Shown here piece after piece: positions 51,440 to 62,445 of a DNA stretch of 64,000 nucleotides. Source of the DNA: Camelus dromedarius (taxonomy: Eukaryota); the NCBI RefSeq assembly GCF_036321535.1, contig NC_087447.1:32924001-32988000 (forward strand). Reading direction: 5' to 3'. The position numbers and the translations under genes were made by a program. How positions within the stretch are numbered: position 1 is the stretch's first letter; each line of letters opens with the position of its first letter. The notes beneath the pieces are model-generated. The model worked only from the letters and a program-made list of their open reading frames with translations. It had not been told where the DNA came from and did not search any database.

Positions 51440-51892
51440 ATAGATGGCTTACTTTTAATGGTCATTTTTCTAATTTTTAACATTTTCAGTTGACCTCCTT
51501 GTCTGGAAGATGACACATTTTTGTCCTCTGCTGCTTGCATTTCCCAACATAGTTTATCACAAATTTTGTCAGCCAGTTATTTAGTGCTGACATATTATTA
51601 TGATGACATATACACTCTTTATGGTTGGCTTAAGTTGATTTTACAATTATATATCCTATTCTTTGAAATTTATCTCCTGTGTTGATGCTCATTTTGCCAA
51701 ATTCCCTATACTCCATGGTTTACACCATCATTTTGGAGGAATGTATCTCTAGTAGCTTCCTGAGAAAGCATGTGAGCACTTTTGGAAATTAACTTCAATA
51801 TCTAGCATTGTCTTTTCATCTTCACAATTGATATTTACATATTTGAAAAATTATCAGCTCTAAATGACTTCCTTCAAAAGTGTCCTTATCTT

Positions 51893-52343
51893 TGTATTAG
51901 CTTCCTACTGCTTCTGTAGCTAATTACCACAAGCACAACAACACAAATTTATTAACCTACAGTCCTGGAGATCAGAAATCTAAAATAGGGGAGGGACTGT
52001 GCTTCTTCTGTAGACACAAGAGTAGAATCCATTTCCTTCCAGCTTCTAAAGGCTGCCTGAATTCCCTGGCTCACTGCCCCCTTCCAGCAATGACATCATT
52101 CAAACCTTTGCTTCTGTGTTCAAATCTCCTTAACTGACTCTGATCACCCTGCTTCTCTCTTATTAAGGATCTTCCGATTACACCTGGACCATTCTGGTAA
52201 TTCAGTATAATCTTCCCATGTCAAGGTTCTTAATTTACCAACATCTGCAAAACACCTTTTGCTATGAAAAGTAACATATTCACAGATTTAGAAATTAGGA
52301 ATTAGAACATGGACGTCTCTGGGGGAACATTAGTCGGCCCACA
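51893..52343 (-). mobile_element. MaLR LTR (MLT1C/D-like), near full length
   Basis: TGTATTAGCTTCCTA...AATTACCACAA (antisense 3' end) to GGACGTCTCTGGGGGAACATTAGTCGGCCCACA (antisense 5' end). Confidence 0.9.
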
Positions 52344-52706
52344 GTTTTCATTACTGATTGGTATTAAGCTGGCTATAGAACTGTAGACTGTAACTTTCCT
52401 CAAGACTTTCAACACTCTCTTCTATCGTCTTCAAGTGTCCAGTATTAGTAGTGGGAAGTCAATGATGCTCAGATTCTAAATACAGACTTTAAATATAGAA
52501 TCTGAATGATTTATTTTCTCTTCTGAAAGCATTTAGAATCTTTCCTTTTTCTGATGTTTAGAAGATTAACAATAATGTGATTTTTTTAACAAACCACCAG
52601 TTATTTCTTAATTCTAGTCAGTAAAAGAGAAAAACATGTTATCATCATGCTGAGATGGGTTTCAACATTCAAAACAGACATCCTATTTCAAAACTAACAG
52701 TTAACA

Positions 52707-53925
52707 TTTTTTAAATTTTTATACAAGTTTTAAAGGTCGCTTTTCATTTACAGTTGTTACAAACTATTGGCTATGTTACCTTCTGTTGTACAATACATCC
52801 TTGAGTCTAATTTATACCCAATAGTTTGTACCTCCCACTCTCCCACCTCTATACTGCCCCTCCCCTCACTAGTTTGTTCTCTATATCTCTAAGTCTGCTT
52901 TTTAGTTTTATTCAGTATTTTTTGTATTTTTAGATTCCACATATAAGTGATATACAGTATTTGTCTTTCTTTGTCTGACTTATTTCACTTAGCATAATGC
53001 CCTCCAAGTTCATCCATGTCTCTGCCAATGGCAAAATTTCACTATTTTTTATGGCTGAGTAGTATTCCATTATATATGTATAACATATCTTTTTTATCCA
53101 CTCACCTGTTGATGGACACTTAGTTTGCTTCCATATCTTGGCAATTATAAATAATACTGCTATAAACACTGGGGTGCATATATCTTTTTGAACTAGTGTT
53201 TTGGGAGGTTTTTTGATATATATCCAGAAGTGGCATTGCTGGGTCAAATGGTAGTTCTGTTTTTAGTTTTTTGAGAAACCTCCATTCTATTTTCCACAAT
53301 GACTGCACCAATTTACATCCCCACCAACAGTGTGCAAGAGTTCTGTTTTCTTCACATTGTCACCAACATTTGCTATTTGTGTTCTTTTTGATGATAGCCA
53401 TTCTGCCAGGTGTGAGGTGACATCTCATTGTGTTCTGATTTGTACTGCTCTGATTTGTGACGTTGAGCATCTTTTCATGTACCTATTTGCCATCTGCATT
53501 TCCTCTTTGGAAAAATGTCTATTCATTTCTTCTGCTCATTTTTAATTGGGTTGTTTTCCTGATGTTGACTTGTGTGAACTGTTTATATATGTTGGATATT
53601 AATCTCCTATTGGTCACATTATTTGCAAATATTTTCTCCCTATCAGTAGGTTGTCTTTTCCCTTTGTCAATGGTTTCTTTTTCTTTGCAAAACTTTTAAG
53701 TTTAATGAGGTCCCATTTGCTTATTTTTGCTTTTATTTCCTTTACTTTAGGAGCTGGACCCCCCAAAATATTGCTGTTCTACCAATGTTTTTCTCTAGGA
53801 ATTTTATGATATATGGTTTTACATTTAGGTCTTCAAATCATTTTGAGTCTATTTTGTACTTGGTGTCAGAGAATGCTCTAATTTCATTCTTTTACATGTA
53901 GCTGTCCAGTTTTCCCATCACCACA
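52707..53925 (-). mobile_element. L1 ORF2 C-terminus and 3'UTR
   Basis: ORF 52930..53247 KDICTPVFIAVLFIIAKIWKQTKCPSTGEWIKK...MEYYSAIK...WMNLEGIMLSEISQ matches the ORF2p C-terminus. Confidence 0.95.
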
Positions 53926-53929
53926 TAAA

Positions 53930-55100
53930 AGTTGTACCTAGATATTTAGTAAGTTCTTCATATATAGAAATTCATGTCCTTTCATTCTGGGAAATTTTAT
54001 TCATTAAGTCTCTGATAATGTTCCTGTAATTTTTTTTTTCTTCTTTCTCTTTCTGGAACTTCTATTACCTAGAATTAACCTTCTGAGCATATCCTTTGAT
54101 TTTCTTATTTGTCCTCCCTTGTTTCCTTTTTATAGTTTTATTCTCTTTTCTTAAGATTTGTTCAACTTGACCTTCTAACTAGTCAAGTAAACTTTTAGAG
54201 TTCTGTCATATTTTTCCAATTTCTAAAACTTCTGTTTATTCTTTGGATGTTTCATTTTATAGCATCATGTTATTGTTTCACAAATGCAGTGTCTTTTCAT
54301 CTTCTTCCATCTTTTCCCTTGGCATGTTCTTCTGTTCACATTGTCTCTCATTCACTGTAGGTTACTTTTATTCATTCTGATTTTTATCTGTGTGTCTTAT
54401 CTTTTAGGCTTTCCTAATTACTCTGTTGTATGATTTTCAAATTCTAGTATTCCTAAAGGTCTTTTATTTTGAGGTGATCTGTGTTCTCTGAGAGGAATCC
54501 TCCAATCATCCGCTTGAAAAATTAAATGCCAGACTGCCAAGTAGGGGGAGGGAATTTGAGATGCCACAGTTTTGGAGATTTCCTTACGCTTACTTCATTT
54601 GATTTATCTTGTACATCCTCGCTCTGCCCTTTGCTGTGCCTGGTACTCCCATGCATGGAGATTTTCTGGTAAAATTTCTAATTAGAGCAAACCTTCAGTC
54701 TTCTGATGGGAGGAAAAGGTATAGCTTCTGTTTTCAAAAGGGAGGGAAATGGCCCTGGGAGTCTAACTGCCCTTCAGACAAGGTTTCATCCAATCCTCCT
54801 CTGCTCATCTTCACATTTGATCTTCATCTTCAGAGGTAGTTCATGATGACAGTTCCTGAGTCTTCCCAAATTTCTTTACAAGTAACTATGCAGATATGTG
54901 AGCTTCCTTTTTCTCTGATCTGCTATTTCCATTTGTCCATATGCTTTGCGTTTCGATTCGCAGCTACTACTATCTCTCTTCTTCTCATACTTGCGTATTT
55001 GTATTTTTTTCTTATCCTTTTACTGTGATTTATATAGTTTTTGTTCTTGGAGACAAGCAGAGGGATCAGATATAAATGCATACGTTTAATCTACCACACT
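53930..55100 (-). mobile_element. Very old L1M ORF1/5' region; host element with further pieces at about 50690-50850, 51460-51890 and 52350-52600
   Basis: TTCATGTCCTTTCATTCTGGGAAATTTT...TTCTGGAACTTCTATTA; T-rich antisense ORF1-like sequence. Confidence 0.6.
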
Positions 55101-56429
55101 TAACTTGGATCCTTTCTCACTTAATTTAATACTAAATGAGTAAGTCAACACTGCTGGCATCCCCTCATTTTACCAAAAAGAATGAGAATTAAAGACTTGT
55201 TCAATATTACAAGTTGAGATGAGCCTAACACAATCTCACTTACATGCATTTCATTCATTCTTCATTCATTCATTCAACATGCACTTCAATGTAGCAGTTC
55301 TGCACTATGTTATTCTAGGTGCCACAAAGACCACACACACACACACACAGCTAAAGTTCTGCCTCAAATACTGCAATAATATAACCAATCTAATACGGGA
55401 ACAGGCAGGCAGATATGATTAACTCAGTAAGTGACAGAAAACTAGGAGTATAACAAATTGTCAAGAAGTGGCCAGAAATGACTACTAATAGGAATAGCCT
55501 TGTGCAAAGTCATGGCAGTGAGGAAGAGCTTCACATAATCATCAGGAATAAGAGAGATATTTTATTGTTATGTGAACTGCCTGGATGAAAGCTGAATTTC
55601 TCACAGACTGAATGAATTAATCTCTATCATCTTCCTAAACTATATATTTGCTATTCCCTATGTGTAATCTAACTTAACATATTTCACCTTTTTGTTCATC
55701 AAAGTGACAACCTAGGTGTTTTCCCCCCAAGGGATTAAGTAAAATTATATTCTAGAGTCATATTGTAAATATGCGCATCAAAGTAATAGCTTCCTGCTCT
55801 TTCTTGGGATGAGCAATAGACAATAGTCAGAGAAGAGTGTCAGGCTCCTCAGAGAATTCTGGCACATGCCTTTGATGGCAATGGTAGCTGCAAAGATGTA
55901 TGAGAAAAGCTGAATTCATGACTGGGACTCTTTCTGTGACCCATCAAAGGCTCTTCTATCTGCAACTAGCAGTTTCTCTCTACTAACACCCAGGTTAACA
56001 TTAAACTGTCTCAGTATTGTACAAAAATGTGATGGTTTCCATGACAACTGATGGGGAAACGCTGCTGATAGAACTTTTTTTTTCAGTTTTATGTGGCAAT
56101 TTCAGAACTCTCAAAATTGCCTTAGCAGGATTATGAAAGATCATTCTGGGCTTTGTCATCATAGAGACCCCTTTCTCTCACTAGCTTATACCTTTACCAG
56201 GATTTTCTGTCTCTACTTTATACTTCAGGGTAGTAATGATCAGCTCTCGAGTGCAAAGAATTTGGTCAAAGGCATTATTCTGCAGTAGTGTAACTGAAGG
56301 AATATGGTGTCCATCTGTATGTACCCTACTCTTTTTCACTCATCTGGACTTCCTGAAACAGGCAAATGGAGCAGGGGTCACTAAAGGGAAGAGTGGGTGA
56401 GGATATTCCCTCTTTGCTCCTGAAAAATA

Positions 56430-56840
56430 TATTGATCACCTCAGGCTAAGCATGCTGCAGTAATCAACAAACCTAGCAACTTGTTTATTTGCAGCAATAA
56501 TGGTTTAATTCTAATTCACTTTACATGTTTGTGCAGGCTGGCTGCATCTCCACTCTAAACCTATATTTTGGACAAGCCATTCTCATGGAAGAGAGGAAAA
56601 AAAGATAGCTGAACCACATAATGGCTTTTAAAGCTTCTGACGAGAAGTGACACAAATTGGTATCACTTACATACCATTGACCAAAGCAAGTTATATGGTC
56701 AAGCTTGATGTCATCAAGGTGGAAAGTATAATTCTTCCATGGGAAAGAACCTAAAAAGGAATGGTTTAGAAGCCCAGAAGGAAAGGACTCAGAAAAAAGA
56801 GAAGGCAAATTTTTGGCATAAATACTAAAATCTACTATGG
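56430..56840 (-). mobile_element. MaLR LTR (MLT1J/K-like)
   Basis: GGCTAAGCATGCTGCAGTAATCAAC...CCATTGACCAAAGCAAGTTATATGGTCAAGCTTGATGTCA. Confidence 0.75.
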
Positions 56841-56895
56841 AAGAAGATATTCTTTTTCACTTTGCACACCTGGGTCTTCAAGACTGTCTGGCTTA

Positions 56896-57334
56896 CACTT
56901 GCAGCAACATGGATGCTCCTGAAGAATGTCATTCTAAGTGAAGTAAGCCAGAAAGAGAAAGAAAAGTACCATATGAGATCGCTCATATGTGGAATCTAAA
57001 AAACAAAAACAAAAACAAAATAAAAAAAAAAAACAAAGCATAAATACAAAACAGAAACAGACTCACAGGTATAGAATACAAACTTGTGGTTGTCAAGGGG
57101 ATGGAGGGTGGGAAGGGATAGATGGGATTTCAAAATTGTAAAATAGATAAACAAGATTATACTGTGTAGCACAGGGAAATATACACAAGATCTTATGGTA
57201 GCTCACAGAGAAAAAATGTGACAATGAATATACATGTGTTCATGTATAACTGAAAAATTGTGGTCTACACTGGAATTTGGCACATTGTAAAATGATTATA
57301 AATCAATAAAAAATGTTAAAAAAAAAAAAAAAAA
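56896..57334 (+). mobile_element. Young 5'-truncated L1 with a perfect TSD
   Basis: 16-bp TSD AAGACTGTCTGGCTTA at 56880-56895 and 57335-57350; clean poly(A). Confidence 0.95.
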
Positions 57335-57641
57335 AAGACTGTCTGGCTTAGAAAAGCCCTTAACCTGATGCAAAGATTCTGCCTTTCTTTAAGTAAGGCA
57401 AAAGACTTAGGTCTCTAATCTCAACTATAAAACTTAACTAACACAGAGTCTCAGAGATGTCTACCTACAATTTGTGCCCATGCTCCAGATTAAACTCCTT
57501 GGAAGAAACCAATAGTTTCCTGTTCAACCTTGTATCTGTGATATGAAACTCAGTACCTGCTGGAAATGAAAATGTATTGGTCTGAAATGAATTGAACTGA
57601 ACTGAAAGACAATACTGAGAAGACATAAATTCTAGTATATT

Positions 57642-57686
57642 TTCATTCATTCATTCATTCATTCATTCATTCATTCATTCATTCAT
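57642..57686 (+). repeat. (TTCA)n, about 11 units; probably an expanded antisense L2 tail
   Basis: Seen directly; followed by L2-like CATTTATTCAAAAGCCACTGACCACCTACAATG. Confidence 0.9.
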
Positions 57687-57889
57687 GTAACTCTCATTTA
57701 TTCAAAAGCCACTGACCACCTACAATGCACAAATAAAAGACGTGGCATCTATCTTTATGGAACACATGGGCGAGGAAAGTCAAATGTATTTTATTTCCCC
57801 TCAAATGTCTCAGTCTTTATAGGTCTTGTGGAGCAGATACAGTGTGCAAATTTATCACAGAAGGGTGGCCTTAAGATGAGGGCTGGTGG

Positions 57890-59600
57890 CTCAAAAATAA
57901 ATGAAATAGAGACTAAAAAGACAGCAGAAAGATTAGTGATACTAAAACCCGGTTCCTTGGAAAGATAAACAAAATTGACAAATCTTTAACTAGACTCTTG
58001 AACAAAAAAAGAAGTGAAGACTCAAATAAAATCAGAAATAAAAAAGGAAAAGTTACAACAAATACCAAAGAGGTGCAAAGGATCATAAGAGACTGTGGGA
58101 AAGTACACACACAGAAATTGGACAGTGTATAAGGAATGAATAAATTCCTAGAAATATACACTATTCTAAGACCGAATCAGGAAGAAATAGAAAATAGGAG
58201 TAGACCAATTATTAGTACGAGATTGAATGAGTAACCCCAACCTCCCAACAAACAAAAATCCAGGACCAGACAGCTTCACTGGTGAATTATACAAAACATT
58301 CAGATAAATATTTTAAAATCTTTAACAACGAAAATAAACAAATGAGACTACATCAAACTTAAAAGTTTCTGCATAGTAAAGGAAAGCATCAACGAAATGA
58401 TAAGGTAACCTTGTGAATGGGAGAAAATACTTGCAAATCATATATCTGATAAGGGTTTAACATCCACAATATATTAAAAATCCATACAACTCAATAGCAA
58501 AAAAATCCCACAAAACAAAACAAAAAAATACAAATACAATTAAAAAATGGGAAGAGACATTTTTCTACTGTCTTCCTTACAGGTGGCCAACAGGCTCATG
58601 AAAAGATACTTAACATCACTGATTGTCAGGGAAATGCAAATGAAAACCACAATGAGTTATCACCTCACAGGCATTACAATAAATATTATCAAAAAGACAA
58701 GAAACAACAAGTATTGGTCAGGATGTGGAGGAAAGGGAACCCTTGTACACTGTTGGTGAGCATGCAAATCGGTGCAGCCACCGTGGAAAACACTATGGAG
58801 GTTTCTCAAAAATTAAGAATAAAACTACCATACGATCTAGCAGTTTTATTTCTGGGTATATATCTGCAGAAAATGAAAACATTAATTCTAAAAGATATAT
58901 CTCTCGACACTCACTGTAGCATTATTTACAAAAATGCTACATAGCCAAGATATGGAAACAATCTAACTGTTCATCAATAGATAAATGGATAAAGAAGATG
59001 TGTATACATACACACACATACACACACAATGAAATACTATTCACCCATTAAAAATAATGAAATCTTGCCATTTCTGATGACATGGATGGACCTCGAGGAT
59101 ATTATGCTAAGTGAAATAAGCCAGACAGAGAAAGGCAAATACCATATGATTTCACAGGTATGTGGAAACTGAAAATCAAAACAAAGGAATAAGCAAGCCA
59201 GACCAAAACAAAACAAAATCAAACTCATAAATACAGAGAACAAAACAGTGGACGCCTGAGGGGAGGGGTTTTAGGAGGTGGGCAAAAACGGGTGAAGGCA
59301 GTCAAGAGGTACAAACTTCCAGTTATAAAACAAGTAAGTCATGGGGAGGTAATGTACAGCATGATGGCTACAGTCAACAATATTGTTTTGCATATTTGAA
59401 AGATGCCAAGAGAGTAAATCTTAAAAGTTCTCATCACAAGAAAAAAAATTTGTTTCCAACTTTACATGCTAATAAACAGTATCTAGACTTACTGCAGTGA
59501 TCATTTCATAATGTGTACAGGAACTGAATCATTATGTCTTAATACAATGTTATATGTCAGCTGTATGTCGATAAAATGTAATAATGTTATTATTTTAAAA
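57890..59600 (+). mobile_element. L1 with internally deleted ORF2 and a 3'UTR
   Basis: ORF2 linker-like sequence (KINKIDK, then NPGPDSFTGELYKTF) joined to KINK*DYIKLKSFC; ORFs 58547 and 58714 are ORF2 C-terminal pieces. Confidence 0.93.
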
Positions 59601-59607
59601 AGATGAG

Positions 59608-60122
59608 TGATCCATCAACAGGTGACTGGATAAAGAAGATGTGGTATATTTATACAATGGAATACTACTCAGCCATAAAAACCGACAACATAATGCTTTT
59701 TGCAGCAACATGGATGCTCCTGGAGAATGTCATTCTAAGTGAAGTAAGCTAGAAAGAGAAAGAAAAATACCATATGAGATCGCTCATATGTGGAATCTAA
59801 AAAACAAAAACAAAAACAAACAAACAAACAAAAACAAAGCGTAAAAAAAGGACAGAAATAGACTCACAGACAGAGAATACAGACTTGTGGTTACCAGGGG
59901 GGTGGACGGTGGGAAGGGATAGACTGGGATTTCAAAATTGTAGAATAGACTACACTGTATACCACAGGGAAATATACACAAAATGTTATGATAACTCACA
60001 GAGAAAAAAATGTGACAATGAGTGTGTATATGTCCATGAATAACTGAAAAATTGTGCTGAACACTGGAATTTGACACAACATTGTAAAATGATTATAAAT
60101 CAATAAAAAATGATAAAAAAAA
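59608..60122 (+). mobile_element. Young 5'-truncated L1, same subfamily as 56896-57334
   Basis: GCAGCAACATGGATGCTCCTGGAGAATGTCATTCTAAGTGAAG...CATATGAGATCGCTCATATGTGGAATC shared with the other copy; TSD AAAAAG(A/G)TGAG. Confidence 0.95.
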
Positions 60123-60229
60123 AAGGTGAGGGCTGGCAGGTAAGCCTCAATCACTAAATCTGAATTAAGCACAAAACACATATCCAAATGCCTTTTTCAC
60201 AAAGTAATAAAGGACACTGTGTTGTTTTC

Positions 60230-60900
60230 ATATTTATTTTCTCCTACTAGACAATAAGTTGCTTAAGTGTAGAGACTGGGTTTTGTTCATCTGTATGTCA
60301 CCAGCAATTCGCACCGTGCTCATATGTGCTCAAAACATCTATGCCGTTAAATGCTCTTTTAACACTCTGCCTCTCAAATCCAACTGATATCTACACATTC
60401 CACTCCGACGGATTCATTTCCATTAGTTTCTCAATTGTTGTACCGACCACAGAGTAACCCTTGCTCAAAGTAGTGCATCACTGGGCCAAAATCACAGTGA
60501 GCCACTAGGATCTGAAACTGGCTACCTGGTTTCAAAGGCCATTCTTCTGTAACTCCCTGCAGTTTCCATCCACTTACCAAAGTGTCAATAACATATTTAT
60601 TTGCATGCCAGCTTCATGTCCTTCACTACCTTTTCCAAGAGCAGAAACCATGAGTATTCTGTTCACTGTTGTATTTCTAGCATCTCCCCCACCCAACAGA
60701 GTCTAACATGAGTAGGTGCTCAGTAAATGTCAAATAAATTGAATAAATGAAAGACCAACCAACTGATGAATGATAAGACCTCCGTGCCTCATCGCTACAA
60801 AAATAACGCCCAGCTCATCGACTGTTGTGAGGATTAGTTGAGCCAGTGAATCTAAGGCATCAGCCTAGTGCTAGAGACATGACAGGCCACTAAACTGACG
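60230..60900 (+). mobile_element. L2 3' tails (about 60230-60340 and 60620-60750) and a MIR fragment (about 60780-60900)
   Basis: GTTTTGTTCATCTGTATGTCACCAGCA; GTAGGTGCTCAGTAAATGTC...TGAATAAATGAA; GTTGTGAGGATTAGTTGAG. Confidence 0.7.
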
Positions 60901-61677
60901 CAACTAAGAACAAACCTCCCTAGAAGCAGGTGTCACTGACCTGGTGGGACTGGGAGAGGATAGACTTTTTTTTTATTGTTTCAAAGAAAATTACATGGGT
61001 GTTGGACATGAGGTGGGACAGACAGGGAGTGGAGGGCACATGTAGGAATCAGGCCAGACTCTGCTAAGAAACTGAATAGGAGTGGCAGCATAGGGTCAGA
61101 TGGGAGGAGGGGAAAGGGAATCGCCCTTGACAAGCATCTAATCCCGGAGATAAACACTCCAGCCTTCGCCATCCATCAACTCCTGTGCTCCACTTTAAAT
61201 GCTGAACAAATGACCTGCTTGTGGTCAAACTAGTCTGATTCATAACAACTCTACTAGGTACATCATAGATGATTCACTAGCAAAAGAGAAAATAATCTGT
61301 GGAGTCAGGTTGGAGAAACAAACAATCCCCTTTTGGCTTTGGAAGCTTCTTAAACAAGGATTCCGAAATTTAAAAAAAAATCATGAACATCTCTGATGCA
61401 AGTATCACCAAATACATGAGAAATAGATGAGACTGCATGACGAATGGAAACATCTCAGTAATTTCTGAGTAATGTCACGGAAAAGGTACTAAAGGCAGCA
61501 ACTCAGGTGACACTAGCCTCTGGTATAACGTACTGTTAAAGTAAATATAATGATTATTATTGTAAAGTGAAGCAGTAGGAGGAGGAGGACGGGAACAAGG
61601 AGGAGCAGGGACAGCAAACGCTCATGGACCATACACCAGTCTAGGTTCTGTTCTCAGTCCTTTACACATATAACTCA

Positions 61678-61746
61678 TTTTTTTAAATTGAATTATAGTC
61701 GGACTACAATGCTGTGTTAATTTCTGATGTACAGCATAGTAATTCA

Positions 61747-61836
<90 letters not shown>

Positions 61837-61960
61837 TCCCTTTTTCATATTCTTTTTCATTATAGGCTATTACAAGGTATTGAAGATAGTTGCCTGTGCT
61901 CTACAGTAGGACCCTGCTGTTTATCTATTTTGTACATAGTACTCAGTATCTGCAAATCCC
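61678..61960 (-). mobile_element. L1 extreme 3' fragment containing a (TA)n(CA)n microsatellite at about 61753-61835
   Basis: TTTTTTAAATTGAATTATAGTC...TGTACAGCATAGTAATTCAG...CCTGTGCTCTACAGTAGGACC. Confidence 0.9.
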
Positions 61961-61964
61961 TGTT

Positions 61965-62125
61965 TAGGTGCATGATCTTGGAGCCATGCTGTCTGGGTTT
62001 GTGTCCCTACTCTGCCATTTACTAGCTATGAGGCTTGGACAAATTATATAATTTCTTACTGCCTTATTTTCTTCATCAATAAAAAGGAATAAACTCATAA
62101 TGTTCCTGAGGATAAGATGAGTTAA
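61965..62125 (+). mobile_element. MIR SINE
   Basis: TGGAGCCATGCTGTCTGGGTTTGTGTCCCTACTCTGCCATTTACTAGCTATGAGGCTTGGACAAATT. Confidence 0.85.
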
Positions 62126-62382
62126 AGAAATCATCAGCGTGAAATATGAGACAGAATATAAATTAACTAAAATGCACTTTGCACAACTGTGGTCCTGACT
62201 CCACTGACTACTGAAGGAAAACAAAGGACCTGGACTTTATTCCACGACTCTATTCTGCCTGTGTCCCAGCAAGTGAAGATGCATCACGCCACCCACGAGT
62301 TGCCTCCAGGGTCGTTCCCTATAAGAATCACTTGTCACCGGGTCCCCTCATTCAGACGTCTGATTCTGAAGATCCAGCTGCC

Positions 62383-62384
<2 letters not shown>

Positions 62385-62442
<58 letters not shown>
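62385..62442 (+). repeat. (TG)29 microsatellite
   Basis: Perfect dinucleotide run. Confidence 0.97.
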
Positions 62443-62445
<3 letters not shown>

